A stretch of 64,000 nt of DNA from Thermoanaerobaculia bacterium (lineage in GTDB: Bacteria; Acidobacteriota; Thermoanaerobaculia; Gp7-AA8): positions 1,316-65,315 of the forward strand of contig DASPZU010000118.1 of assembly GCA_035636095.1 (NCBI GenBank), given 5' to 3'. Under the pieces are notes generated by a model. That model made no database searches and was not told where the DNA came from. It saw nothing but the letters and a program-made list of their open reading frames with translations. Below are positions 36,568 to 46,962 of this stretch, one piece after another. Numbering within the stretch: the first letter of the stretch is position 1; each line of letters starts with the position of its first letter. The position numbers and the translations under genes were made by a program.

Positions 36568-38034
36568 ATGCGCGCCATTTCCTTCGCGTTGCTGCTCGGT
36601 GCAATGCCGCTCCTGGCCCAGCAACCCATGCCGCTCACGGAAAAGATCGACGTTTCGGCCGTGAACGTCGATGTGACCGTGTTAGACCGCCAACGCAATC
36701 CGGTTCGTGGCCTTACCGCTGCCGATTTCGAAGTCTTCGAGGATGGTGTCGCTCAGAGAATCACGAACTTCTACGCTGTCGAGAACGGCGGCATCGCGCG
36801 CACCACTGCCGTCGAACCGGACGCCGAGCGTTTCCGGCGCAAAGTGCTCGTCATTGTCGACAACACGGCTCTGTGCGCCAAGCCGCGCCGCAATCTTCTG
36901 CTGAACAAACTGGAATCGTTCATCGATCAGCACTTCTCGGGAGACTACGAGTGGGCGATCGTTCCTCTGGGAGGACCCCAGTCGCCGGGCGCTCTTCCTT
37001 TCACTCAGGACAAGGAAACAATCCACAACGCCATCGAGGCCCTACGTCGGGATGAAGCTTTGCCGCGCGACATGGACTTCGGGGAGATCTCCCGGACCAC
37101 GCAATCCGCGTGCAGGATTTTGCAGGAACAATCGTTTCTTTCGCAGCTTCTCAATAAACAGGTGCGGATGAAGGGAGCTGCTATCTCGGCAGCGGTCGAG
37201 GAAATGTGCGACGGATTGGCGGCCGCCCCGGGGAAAAAAGTCATTCTGCTGGTCACGGATGCCATTCCCAGCGGCAGTTTTCGCGCCGACCTTCCTGACG
37301 ATGCGATTCTGATTCAAAAAATGCATGAAGCAGTCGTCCGCAGCGCAAACGCTGCCAATGTCAACGTGTTCGTGATGAATACGGAAGGGCTGACCGACGG
37401 GGGGACGCCGGGAAGGCCCTTCACGTTGGCGGCCGATGAATCGGGAGGTTTCTGGCTTGCCACTGAAACCGGCGGAAGGTACTTGCACAGCAGTTCGTTT
37501 TCGGAATCGCTGCAGACTTTCGAGAACGCGACGGCAAACTTCTACTCGCTGGGCTACATCATGCGACACGCCGAAGATGCGAAATACCATCGGATCTCGG
37601 TCAGGCTGAAAGGGCCGGGATCGTACGCGCTCAGCTATCGCCTCGGTTTCTCGAGCCGCTCGACGGAGCAACAACTCGAGCGCGCGCTTCGGACGCCGCT
37701 CGGAATCGCGACGCAGCGCTCAACGCTTCCCCTCACCATGGAGGTTGGCGCGCCATCACAAGTCGGAGCGAAAGTGGTTGTGGCCTTGACCGCGATGTTA
37801 CCGGCGGAGCGGGTGCAGGCGGGCCGGCTGGATCTTTATGTCACGGTTTTCGATCAAACCGGACGGAAACTCGGCTTCCATCACTTCAGGCGCGACATCG
37901 AGACGATCGAAACGCCGCAGTTGGTGCTGACCACGCGCCTTACGTTTCCGCACGGCAGCTACCGACTCGTGATGACTCTCCGGGACGAAGAGACGAACGA
38001 AATCGGGATTGCGTCAAGCGATGCCACGTTCTAA
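36568..38034 (+). CDS. VWFA-related Acidobacterial-domain protein, tandem paralog 2
   Basis: GGAGGAG RBS. EKIDVSAVNVDVTVLDRQRNPVRGLTAADFEVFEDGVAQRITNFY. 488 aa. Confidence 0.75.
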   Translation: MRAISFALLLGAMPLLAQQPMPLTEKIDVSAVNVDVTVLDRQRNPVRGLTAADFEVFEDGVAQRITNFYAVENGGIARTTAVEPDAERFRRKVLVIVDNTALCAKPRRNLLLNKLESFIDQHFSGDYEWAIVPLGGPQSPGALPFTQDKETIHNAIEALRRDEALPRDMDFGEISRTTQSACRILQEQSFLSQLLNKQVRMKGAAISAAVEEMCDGLAAAPGKKVILLVTDAIPSGSFRADLPDDAILIQKMHEAVVRSANAANVNVFVMNTEGLTDGGTPGRPFTLAADESGGFWLATETGGRYLHSSSFSESLQTFENATANFYSLGYIMRHAEDAKYHRISVRLKGPGSYALSYRLGFSSRSTEQQLERALRTPLGIATQRSTLPLTMEVGAPSQVGAKVVVALTAMLPAERVQAGRLDLYVTVFDQTGRKLGFHHFRRDIETIETPQLVLTTRLTFPHGSYRLVMTLRDEETNEIGIASSDATF

Positions 38035-39661
38035 CGTCATGTCGGGCTTTGTCGTGGGCGTTCTGGCGACAGCAGCTCTTGTCTCAGCACAGCTCCCGCT
38101 CGTCGAACGCGTCAATGTCTCTGTAGTCAACGTCGACGTAAGCGTATTCGACCGTTCGGGACGGCCGGTCACCAAGTTGCGCCGAGACGATTTTCAGATC
38201 TTCGAGGACGGAAAGCCGCAGAAGATCACCAACTTCTATATCGTCGAGCATTCTGTTCCACGAGCTGAAACGACGCAACAGGAACAAACGCACGGTTCGG
38301 AAAGCCGTTTTCGCCGCAAAGCGATTCTGCTCGTCGACAACATTTTCATCGAGAAGCCGCGTCGGGATGCAGCGCTGGCGACGGTGCAGAAGTTCATGGA
38401 GGGCCGTTTCGCCGGCGATTACGAATGGTCGGTAGGCACGATCGGTAGCGGCATTCACACGATTCTTCCGTTCACGAGTGACAAGACGAAGATTGCCGCG
38501 GCAATCGATCTCGTGCGCCGTGGTGGAACGCTTCCAAAGCGTGATGCTGTAGACCTTGGCATGCTGGCCGACGAAACCGCGCTGCGTGCCGTTCGGGGAG
38601 CACGTGAAAGCGAGCAGACGCGGACGGACCTTGCAAGAAGCATCAGCGCTAACGAAGGCCTGGCAGCTTTGTCTGAACTCGCGAAAGAAGTGATCGACGC
38701 TTGTCGTGGATACAGCAGCGCAGATGGTAAGAAACTCATCGTCTTGGTCACGGGTGCGATTGAAATCGACAACCGTCGTCCAACGATCGACGATGCGGTC
38801 AATCAACCGGCATGGAAGCTTCAGCCGCGTGAGAACCGCAGCGAAACCGGCCGAATCCTCGAAGCGATGGTGCGAGAGGCCAACACTGCGAATTTCAATG
38901 TGTACGTCTTGAACGCCTCGGGAGTTGTCAATCCGGTCCCTAGCGACGTCTCCAACCATGCGTCGGAGTATGTGGCTCAAGGAGGGTTCAATTCACCGCA
39001 CACCGAACGCGATTTCGACTCTTTTCCGCTGTCGCTCGCTATGCAAACGGGCGGAGCATATCTGCCCAGCAACGATCTCGGCGCGTCCTTGCGCCAGGTC
39101 GATGAGGAAAGCTCGACTTATTACTCGCTCGGTTATAGCCCGCCGCATTTCGAAGACGGCAAGTACCATTCGATCGAAGTCCGCGTGACAGGTTCCGCGA
39201 TGACGGTTCGCCATCGGATGGGCTACGCCGATCTCTCGGCCGAGCAAAGAGTCGAGGACGCGATGCGTGTAGCCGTCGCTCCCACCGCCCTCCCGCATCA
39301 GATTCCGGTTCAAATCGAGATCGGGAAATCACGCCAAGAGAACCACAAGATGCATCTGCCTGTGACGCTGATCGCACCAATGAGAAGCGTCGCGCTGTTG
39401 CCGCGCGACGGCCTGAGCGTTGGTCGCGTCCATATCTACCTCTCGGTGTTCGATCAGGCTGGAATCAATATCGGGTTCGATCACCGCACCCAGGACTTGG
39501 CGTTGACGCCGGAGCAATTGCAAAAAGTGACTGAGCTCAACAGCAACTTCCGATATTTCCTGAGCGTAGCCCTCAAACCGGGAAAGTATCGCGTCGTGGT
39601 CGCTCTTCGCGATGACGTCAGCAGCGAGATCGGTATCACTGCTGCGGATGTTCAGGTCTAA
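38021..39661 (+). CDS. VWFA-related Acidobacterial-domain protein, tandem paralog 3
   Basis: ERVNVSVVNVDVSVFDRSGRPVTKLRRDDFQIFEDGKPQKITNFY. The start is ambiguous between ATG 38021 and ATG 38039. Confidence 0.7.
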   Translation: MPRSNVMSGFVVGVLATAALVSAQLPLVERVNVSVVNVDVSVFDRSGRPVTKLRRDDFQIFEDGKPQKITNFYIVEHSVPRAETTQQEQTHGSESRFRRKAILLVDNIFIEKPRRDAALATVQKFMEGRFAGDYEWSVGTIGSGIHTILPFTSDKTKIAAAIDLVRRGGTLPKRDAVDLGMLADETALRAVRGARESEQTRTDLARSISANEGLAALSELAKEVIDACRGYSSADGKKLIVLVTGAIEIDNRRPTIDDAVNQPAWKLQPRENRSETGRILEAMVREANTANFNVYVLNASGVVNPVPSDVSNHASEYVAQGGFNSPHTERDFDSFPLSLAMQTGGAYLPSNDLGASLRQVDEESSTYYSLGYSPPHFEDGKYHSIEVRVTGSAMTVRHRMGYADLSAEQRVEDAMRVAVAPTALPHQIPVQIEIGKSRQENHKMHLPVTLIAPMRSVALLPRDGLSVGRVHIYLSVFDQAGINIGFDHRTQDLALTPEQLQKVTELNSNFRYFLSVALKPGKYRVVVALRDDVSSEIGITAADVQV

Positions 39662-41955
39662 CGCGGCATGCGCTGCAACATCGGCTGGTTTGGATTGAGC
39701 TGCAGCGAACGGCGGAAGTAGCTCTCCGCAGCGGAGCGATCGTCAAGGCACATCTCGGCCAGGCCGGCGGAAGTGTAGGGAACGAAATCGTTCGGATTGA
39801 GATGTTGTGCAGCGATGAAATCTTCCAGGGCGCCTCGGCAGTCTTTCCGCTCGATTCGATAACGTCCGCGAAACATTCGCAGCTCCGCATCCTCCGGCTT
39901 TGCCGCCACCGATTCCTCGAGGAGTTTCAAGCTTCGATCGACATGACCGCCACGCTGGTATTTGATCGCGCGCTCGATCACGTAACGCGAAGCTTCCGGT
40001 AGTCCATTGGTCAGGGCTTTGATCAGCAGCGCATCGGATCGCGCCATATCCTGGTGACGATCGAATAGCAAATCGCTCAGATTCCATGCCGCTGATGCCA
40101 GATTCGGATCGATGGCGAGCGCACGATCAAACGACGTGACGGCGTCAGCAATCCGGCCGTCATGCTTCAGAATGAGGCCTTCGTTGTTGTACGCACCGGC
40201 CGTCTTCGTTGACGTGCCGGCGGCCGCTGGACGAGCGGCGGCCGATTCACCCGTTCCGATGTAGCCAAGCGCGCGCAGTTTTGCGATTTCTTCCGCCGCC
40301 GCCTTTGTGGTCTGCCTGACGCTCGATCTGAATGGCGCATAGTGGGAGCGGTAGTCGACCACGCGACTGCTTTCGCCGTCTGTAAGCGAGGGGCCAGCAA
40401 CTCCATCGGCGCGTGGCATCTGCGTCAGGCTCAGCAAAGTCGCGCAGATCTGCCGGATCGATCCGTGAATCGAGTGACCGGCTTGTGCGCGAATGCCCTC
40501 GCCCCAGGCGAGGAAGATTCCTTCGTTTCGATGCCACTTGGCTGCTGTCGCTGTGGCGGCGCTCGAGAACTGCGTCGGCCGCCCTTCCTTCCATTGGAAG
40601 CCGTGGTCGGAAGCCAGCACGATCATGGCGTGCTGCCGTTCGGCGGCCGCGAGGAATTCGCCGAGGATCGAGTCGATGCGTCGGAAGTAGAGCTCGGGAA
40701 CCTGGTGATAGCGTTCGTACTCTTCCTGCGTGACCTCCGGCTGCTTTGGCGGAGCGTAAGGCGCGAAGATATGGCCGATGGTGTCGGTGCCCTCGAAGTA
40801 CACGATGGTCAGATCTGGAATGTCGCGCGCCACTGTTTCTGTGCCGGTCCGGCGATAAACCTCCGTCTGCACCAGAATTCGGCGCAGAGCGCTGCCTGGT
40901 TTGGCGTAAGGATTCGCTTCATGTGTGAGCTCTTCGTACTGCTGCTGATCGAGCCACGGTAGAAATTCGCGCAGCGCATTGAAATCCGTTGCGCGCTCCG
41001 AGGCCGCCAGCGCTTCGCGACCCCACACCTCGCGCGACGGCGGAAAAATGATTCCTGGTGGTGGGGTGCTCTCCGAGTAGAGAAACGTGAACAGGCGATC
41101 GCTGACCATTAGACCGTGCACCGGTTCAGCAGGATAAGTAGCCCAGAGACCGAAAACGGCCACGCGCTTCCCGCCCATGGAGGCCATGTTCCAGATCGCC
41201 GGCACGCGCCGTTCGTCGCTGGTGATCGGCTCCTTCTCGCCGGTCGTCGGATTGAAACGCACGAAGTCCAGGATCTGGTGCTCGAGCGGACTGACGCCGG
41301 TCATCATCGTCGTCCACACCAACGGCGAAAGAGGAGGATGCTCGGTGGTCAGGTACCCGCTGATGCCTTCCCCAACGAGGCGGGCCAGATTGGGCATGAC
41401 GCCGCGCGCGATGTAGTCGTCGAGCAGTTGCCAGTCTGCGCCATCGAGTCCGATGAAGATGATCGGGCGTGACTTGCGCGCCAGCCGCGCGATCTCTGCG
41501 ATCGCGCGCGTCCGTTCCCATCCCGGCGGAAGGTCGAAGCGAGCCGAGATGCTGCTGGTCGTGAGATGCGCGGCCGAGAGCTCGCGCTGAATCGCCTCCG
41601 CGATTTTGTCGCTGGTTTGGCGCGGCGACTCGACGTTGACCGCGTTTGCGTTAAGGATTCTCTGCACCCGCTGCCCGAGCGAGTCGCACCAGTTCCCGGC
41701 GGGCCAATCGGATGGAAGCTGTGCCGGCGGCTCATAAACGAAAGTGACTTTCAAGTCGAATGGATCGGCGTGCAGAGTTCGATCGAACAGCAGACGGCCG
41801 GCAGCCATCGGAACCGTGCATGGCTCGCCGAATGCCGGCAACCCGATCCGGCTGGTGGAAACCTGAATGGCGTCGCCGTGCCGCACCACACGGGCCGTGT
41901 CGGCTGGCCGGCATGAAAGAGTGAGGAGAAAAATCGACAATAGGAGGCGCCGCAT
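39658..41955 (-). CDS. three-part lipoprotein: N-terminal domain shared with the 34215 gene + alkaline-phosphatase-superfamily (type I phosphodiesterase/sulfatase-like) + C-terminal TPR repeats
   Basis: 765 aa. IIFIGLDGADWQ and LASDHGF are AlkP-superfamily metal-ligand motifs. The C-terminus is TPR-like. Its stop overlaps the VWA paralog 3 stop (convergent). Confidence 0.7.
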   Translation of the reverse strand: MRRLLLSIFLLTLSCRPADTARVVRHGDAIQVSTSRIGLPAFGEPCTVPMAAGRLLFDRTLHADPFDLKVTFVYEPPAQLPSDWPAGNWCDSLGQRVQRILNANAVNVESPRQTSDKIAEAIQRELSAAHLTTSSISARFDLPPGWERTRAIAEIARLARKSRPIIFIGLDGADWQLLDDYIARGVMPNLARLVGEGISGYLTTEHPPLSPLVWTTMMTGVSPLEHQILDFVRFNPTTGEKEPITSDERRVPAIWNMASMGGKRVAVFGLWATYPAEPVHGLMVSDRLFTFLYSESTPPPGIIFPPSREVWGREALAASERATDFNALREFLPWLDQQQYEELTHEANPYAKPGSALRRILVQTEVYRRTGTETVARDIPDLTIVYFEGTDTIGHIFAPYAPPKQPEVTQEEYERYHQVPELYFRRIDSILGEFLAAAERQHAMIVLASDHGFQWKEGRPTQFSSAATATAAKWHRNEGIFLAWGEGIRAQAGHSIHGSIRQICATLLSLTQMPRADGVAGPSLTDGESSRVVDYRSHYAPFRSSVRQTTKAAAEEIAKLRALGYIGTGESAAARPAAAGTSTKTAGAYNNEGLILKHDGRIADAVTSFDRALAIDPNLASAAWNLSDLLFDRHQDMARSDALLIKALTNGLPEASRYVIERAIKYQRGGHVDRSLKLLEESVAAKPEDAELRMFRGRYRIERKDCRGALEDFIAAQHLNPNDFVPYTSAGLAEMCLDDRSAAESYFRRSLQLNPNQPMLQRMPR

Positions 41956-41961
41956 AAAAAA

Positions 41962-41985
41962 AAGGCCCCGCCGAAGCGGGGCCTT
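41962..41985. terminator. bidirectional terminator hairpin (AAGGCCCCG-CCGAAG-CGGGGCCTT) with flanking A-run
   Basis: 9-bp GC stem between convergent genes. Confidence 0.7.
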
Positions 41986-42007
41986 GGATGTTACACGATG
42001 CTACTGG

Positions 42008-44935
42008 TTAGAAAGTCGCTCGAACTCCGAATCGGATCTGGCGAGGTCCGGTAAACGCGCTTCCCGCCCTGAGGAAATCGGGGTTCGGGTGCGCCGAGAT
42101 GTCGACCGTGCCGACCGGGTTGACTGTTCCCGGCATTGTGACCAGCCCGCCGTCGGAAGTGCAGACGTCATCGATCTTCTTACCAGCCGGTACGATGAAT
42201 CCGCCGCATGAACCGTCCTGGATGCGGTTGTAGCGTTGATCGAGGGTGATCTTCCGCTGCAGATTGAGCAGATTGAACACATCGGCGATCATGGTCAGCC
42301 GGACGCCCGCGCCGACTTGCACCGGGTAGTCGACGTGTAGGTCAGCCTCGTAATTCGCAGGGCCACGACCTAGTGCGCCGCGCGGCGTCAGGTAGTACTC
42401 CCAGTTCCCATAGGCAAACGAATAGCCGACTGCCGTCAGCGGGGTCCCTGACGCGTAGTGCGCGCCGACGCCGACGGTAAGACCGCGTACCGGACTGCTC
42501 CCCGGGAACTGATACGAACCGTAGAACTTCAATTGATGCGTCCGATCGTTCGACAGCAGGCCATGATTGTTGACGATGAAGTCGGCGTAGTCGAACGCGG
42601 AGTTGATGTTCGGGTCGAGCTGACCAGTCGACGCCTGGAACGTGCCGTCGTAGTTGCCTTCAAGGCGCGACCACAGGTAGCTGGCGAAGAACTGGTAGTT
42701 GTTGCTAAAGCGCTTTTCTGCATGGAGCTCAACGCCCTTGAAGGTTCGCTTTGCGGGGGGCGTGACCACCGTCCCTCCGTCGTAGAAGCCCGCCTCCCGA
42801 CCGATACCGCTGCCGGGGTTGGCAATAAAGTACTCGCCGGTCGCAGGGACGAGCATGTCCTCGATGACATTTCCCAGCTTGCGATACGTGCCCTGGATTC
42901 CGACTTTGAGGTTGGAGGCGATTTCGTAGTCGTACCCAGCAAGGAGCTCGTCGATGTGCTGCCCCTTCAGTTTGGGATCAACGGCTTCGGTGCTGCCGCC
43001 GAGAACGCCCTGACGGCGCGGAGCAGCCGGGTCCTGGAGGTAGTTGGCGGGATCGGGACTGAAGTTATAGCAGAAGCAAACGATCTCGCCGCCAAATGAG
43101 CGGATGTTGATATCCATGGGGATGGACTCGTAGAAGCGTCCGTAGTTAGCGTACAACTTGCTACGGCCATTGTTCTTCACGTCCCAGATCAGTCCCAGTC
43201 GCGGCGCCCAGTTGCTGTTTAACTTGAACGCCTTGGTGTTGTTGCGTCCGATGAGCTCTTGTGATTCCCACCGAACGCCGGCGTTGACTGTGAAGTTCGA
43301 AATGACGCGCCAGCTATCCTGAATGTAGGCCGAGGTGTTCTTGTCCTCGGGCTTCACGACCAGCGGCGCAGCGATGACCCAGGTGGAAGGCTTGCTGCGA
43401 TCATAGCCCGGCGCCAGATCATCGATGTAGTAACGGTGCCGGTAGTAGATCTGCCCACTGGATGTTTTGAGTTTGTAGATCAGCTGTCCGGCGCCACCCT
43501 GCCAGCTCTGGATGTTCGACTTGAGATCTTCGAAGTCGCCTCCGAGCTTGATGTCATGGTTCGCCAGGAACTTGCTCACATCGATCTTCCCGACGGTGCG
43601 ATTGTATTTTTCCTTGCTGAAGAAGGCGAAGCCGCCAGTCCTGACATTCGGACTGACTGACTGGTCTCGGATTTGCGGAATTTCCGTGCCCGGTCCAGAC
43701 ACGCTCGATTGTTCACTGTGCCTGCCACCTTCGGCGTCGACCAGGAATGTGCTTCCGAACACGCCGTTGTAGCGCCCAAAGTAGTCTGTTCCGCCGGTCT
43801 TCAGTTCGCCTTGGAACGTTGATGGCGGGCCGGCGATGGCGAAGATCGGTCCGCTCGTCTTGGTGGGGTCGCCGATGACCGACAGCGCCAGGTTCTGACT
43901 TTCGGTCGCGCGGAACGTCAGCTTGCCGGCGTACTGCTCATTCCTGACTTTGGTGTCCAGAACTGCCCCGATCGGAAGCTGATAGTTCGGGAGACTCAGG
44001 GGAGCGTTGATACGCGTGCTGGTGTTGGTACGAGCCTGATGATCGTACGCTCCGAAGAACCAGAGGCGATCTTTGACGAAGTAACCGCCGAGATCGCCGC
44101 CCACGTCCAGGGTTTGTTTGCTGTCACCGGCGGAGCCGTCGGTGCCAGGGCGCTGACCAAAGGTCTTGTTATCGGATCGCAACGCATGTGCCGCGTCGTA
44201 GCCGAACACATCACCGGTATACGCGTTGCCACCCGACTTGGTGACCGCGTTGATCAGGCCGCCGGTCATGCGCCCGTACTCGGCGGGCAGACCGCTGGTC
44301 ATGGTATCGACTTCCTGAATGAATTCGACAGGCGCCTGCTTACCCTGCAGGCCGCTGCGCATTTCCGTCGTATTCAGCCCGTCGATGATGTAGGCGTTTT
44401 CCGCGCCAGTCGAGCCGTATACGGTAGTTCCAACAGCGTCGGTCTGTGTGCCCGGCGCGACCTGGGCAGCGGCCACGAAGTTGCGACCGATGGGGAGGGA
44501 CTGAAGCGTTTGCGAAGTGAGGTTCTGACCGCCAACTGTCGATTTGACATCCACCACCGGGGCGGCCGCCGTCACCGTGATTGTCTCCGAGACTGCTGTC
44601 GCCATCTTTACGTCGAGAGTGACGGTGTGGGCGAGTTGGACCACGATGCCCTGCTGCTGGACCGGCGAGAATCCCGTCAGCGTCGCCTTCATCGAATACA
44701 CGCCCGGCGGCAGGAAACCGAAGCGGAACGTCCCGGTCGCGTCGCTGACCGATACCTTGGTTCCCTGCAGGTTTGGTGATTTGAGTTCCAGGGTGACGCC
44801 CGGAAGAGGCGTTCCCGCCTTGTCTGTAACTTTCCCCTCGATCGAGCCCGAGGTTGACGTCTGAGCGAACGCGCCCACGACGACGATCAGACTCAACACG
44901 AGCAGGAGTGCGACTTGAAACTTTTTCACAATCAT
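42008..44935 (-). CDS. TonB-dependent receptor-like outer-membrane protein with CarboxypepD_reg domain (paralog 3)
   Basis: Signal peptide, IEGKVTDKAGTPLPGVTL..GTFRF. 975 aa ending ...VRATF. Confidence 0.8.
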   Translation of the reverse strand: MIVKKFQVALLLVLSLIVVVGAFAQTSTSGSIEGKVTDKAGTPLPGVTLELKSPNLQGTKVSVSDATGTFRFGFLPPGVYSMKATLTGFSPVQQQGIVVQLAHTVTLDVKMATAVSETITVTAAAPVVDVKSTVGGQNLTSQTLQSLPIGRNFVAAAQVAPGTQTDAVGTTVYGSTGAENAYIIDGLNTTEMRSGLQGKQAPVEFIQEVDTMTSGLPAEYGRMTGGLINAVTKSGGNAYTGDVFGYDAAHALRSDNKTFGQRPGTDGSAGDSKQTLDVGGDLGGYFVKDRLWFFGAYDHQARTNTSTRINAPLSLPNYQLPIGAVLDTKVRNEQYAGKLTFRATESQNLALSVIGDPTKTSGPIFAIAGPPSTFQGELKTGGTDYFGRYNGVFGSTFLVDAEGGRHSEQSSVSGPGTEIPQIRDQSVSPNVRTGGFAFFSKEKYNRTVGKIDVSKFLANHDIKLGGDFEDLKSNIQSWQGGAGQLIYKLKTSSGQIYYRHRYYIDDLAPGYDRSKPSTWVIAAPLVVKPEDKNTSAYIQDSWRVISNFTVNAGVRWESQELIGRNNTKAFKLNSNWAPRLGLIWDVKNNGRSKLYANYGRFYESIPMDINIRSFGGEIVCFCYNFSPDPANYLQDPAAPRRQGVLGGSTEAVDPKLKGQHIDELLAGYDYEIASNLKVGIQGTYRKLGNVIEDMLVPATGEYFIANPGSGIGREAGFYDGGTVVTPPAKRTFKGVELHAEKRFSNNYQFFASYLWSRLEGNYDGTFQASTGQLDPNINSAFDYADFIVNNHGLLSNDRTHQLKFYGSYQFPGSSPVRGLTVGVGAHYASGTPLTAVGYSFAYGNWEYYLTPRGALGRGPANYEADLHVDYPVQVGAGVRLTMIADVFNLLNLQRKITLDQRYNRIQDGSCGGFIVPAGKKIDDVCTSDGGLVTMPGTVNPVGTVDISAHPNPDFLRAGSAFTGPRQIRFGVRATF

Positions 44936-45273
44936 TCGTTTCTCCTACTTTGGTTTCGTTTGCGACAGTTTCTTGAATGAAAGTATCTGAAAAACAATTA
45001 GTCCTTGAGGGGCACCTCCTCATCATCTCGAATTGTCTGGATGGGGCTGCACACGGGCTGCCGCCCAGTGGGCCGCCTCTGCAGCGGCGAACCTTACTAA
45101 TTTTCGATACTTAGCACAACTGGCACTCTTCACTCGCGACTGCCAGGTTCAAAAAACCGAAGATTGGCTACGAGGAACAGGACGTTAGTCCCATCGACGG
45201 CCTGGTGCGGAATAACCATCATTAAATCCGCGGTTTATCCGATTCCACGCCGTTTTTTCTCGGAGGTTAAACT

Positions 45274-45591
45274 GTGTTCGCCATCATTCGTTCCGGTGGA
45301 AAGCAATACCGCGTCACCAAGGGTGACCGCCTCGTCGTCGAGCGCGATGTCCTGGGCGCCGCCGACAAGGACAAAGTCACCTTCAGCGAGGTGCTGATGA
45401 TCGGCGGCGACAAACCGAAGGTCGGCTCTCCGACGATCGAGGGCGCGAGCGTCGTGGCGACAGTGGTCGGGGAATCTCGCGGCAGCAAGATCGTTGTTTT
45501 CAGGAAGAAGAACCGTAAGAATCACACCAAGCGGAAACGCGGCCATCGTCAGGAGATGGTCGAGCTCCGAATCGACTCGATCAAGGGGTAA
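45274..45591 (+). CDS. rplU: 50S ribosomal protein L21
   Basis: GTG start after GGAGG. MFAIIRSGGKQYRV... Confidence 0.95.
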   Translation: MFAIIRSGGKQYRVTKGDRLVVERDVLGAADKDKVTFSEVLMIGGDKPKVGSPTIEGASVVATVVGESRGSKIVVFRKKNRKNHTKRKRGHRQEMVELRIDSIKG

Positions 45592-45594
45592 ACC

Positions 45595-45852
45595 ATGGCT
45601 CACAAAAAAGGACAGGGTTCATCGCGCAACGGCCGCGATTCGCAGCCCAAAATGCTCGGAGTCAAGCGCTTCGCCGGACAGTTCGTCACCGGCGGCTCGA
45701 TCCTGGTCCGCCAGCGCGGAACGCGGTTCTACCCCGGCAAGAACGTCGGCATCGGTCGCGACCACACTCTCTATGCCAAGGTCGACGGAATCGTCAGCTA
45801 CGACGACAAGGGCGCGCGCGGCCGTTACGTGAGCATTACACCGGCCGAATGA
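45595..45852 (+). CDS. rpmA: 50S ribosomal protein L27
   Basis: [16 protein letters not shown]... Confidence 0.95.
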   Translation: MAHKKGQGSSRNGRDSQPKMLGVKRFAGQFVTGGSILVRQRGTRFYPGKNVGIGRDHTLYAKVDGIVSYDDKGARGRYVSITPAE

Positions 45853-45929
45853 CGTCATCCTGAGCCGCGCAGACGGCGAAGGATCTCGTCGGCGAGACCC
45901 TTCCCCCGCTCCGCGGGGTCAGGGTGACG
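45849..45929. repeat. REP-like palindromic element (full copy) between rpmA and obg
   Basis: TGACGTCATCCTGAGCCGCGCAGACGGCGAAGGATCTCGTCGGCGAGACCCTTCCCCCGCTCCGCGGGGTCAGGGTGACG. Confidence 0.7.
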
Positions 45930-45948
45930 AAAGAATTCAAGCTTCAAG

Positions 45949-46962
45949 ATGTTCATCGATCAGGCGACCATCCGGGTCAAAGCCGGCGACGGCGGCAACG
46001 GGTGTGTGGCCTTCCGCCGCGAAAAGTTCGTGCCCAAAGGCGGACCCTCCGGCGGTGACGGCGGCAGCGGCGGCTCGGTCTACGTCGTCGGCACCCAGCG
46101 CCTCAACACGCTCTACCACCTGCAGTTTCAACGCGATTGGCGCGCCGGCCGCGGCCAGCATGGCATGGGCTCGAACTGCTCGGGCCTTGCCGGCGATGAC
46201 GTCGTCATCGAGCTGCCGATCGGCTCGGTCGTGCGCGACAAAGATACGAATGAAGTGCTGGCGGATCTCACCACCGAGGGCCAGCGCGCGCTGGTGGCGA
46301 AGGGAGGGCGGGGCGGGCTGGGGAACCAGCACTTCGCGACATCGACGCGACAGGCCCCACGCTTCGCACAGCCGGGCGATGGCGGCGAAGAGCGGCAACT
46401 CTTCATCGAGCTGAAACTCATTGCGGACGTCGGCATCGTCGGGCTTCCGAACGCCGGCAAGTCGACGCTGATCTCCGTGATCAGCGCCGCCAAGCCGAAG
46501 ATCGCCGACTATCCGTTCACGACACTCGCACCGAATCTCGGCGTCGTCAAAGCGGACGACGATCAGACGTTTGTGGTCGCCGACATTCCGGGACTCATCG
46601 AAGGCGCTCACGAAGGTCACGGCCTGGGACACGAATTTCTCCGCCATGTCGAGCGCTGCTCGCTGCTTCTACATCTGGTCGATCTGTCTGCCGACGAGCA
46701 TCCTGATCAGGATGCCGCGGTCGTCGCGCGCGAGCTGGAGTTGCATTCGAAAGTCCTGGCGGGAAAGCCGCGGCTCATCTGCGGCTCGAAGCTCGATTCT
46801 GCCATTCCGGGAAATAGCGAGAAGCTCCGCGCTTACGCGCAGCGCAACGGCTACGACTACCACGAGATCTCGTCGGTCGCCGGCGACGGCGTGCGCGACC
46901 TGGTGCGCAAACTGGCAGCCATGGTCAAGCGCGAACAGGAGGCGGCTCTATCGGCGCAATGA
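45949..46962 (+). CDS. obg: GTPase Obg/CgtA
   Basis: MFIDQATIRVKAGDGGNGCVAFRREKF, glycine-rich GGDGGSGGS, GLPNAGKST. Confidence 0.95.
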   Translation: MFIDQATIRVKAGDGGNGCVAFRREKFVPKGGPSGGDGGSGGSVYVVGTQRLNTLYHLQFQRDWRAGRGQHGMGSNCSGLAGDDVVIELPIGSVVRDKDTNEVLADLTTEGQRALVAKGGRGGLGNQHFATSTRQAPRFAQPGDGGEERQLFIELKLIADVGIVGLPNAGKSTLISVISAAKPKIADYPFTTLAPNLGVVKADDDQTFVVADIPGLIEGAHEGHGLGHEFLRHVERCSLLLHLVDLSADEHPDQDAAVVARELELHSKVLAGKPRLICGSKLDSAIPGNSEKLRAYAQRNGYDYHEISSVAGDGVRDLVRKLAAMVKREQEAALSAQ

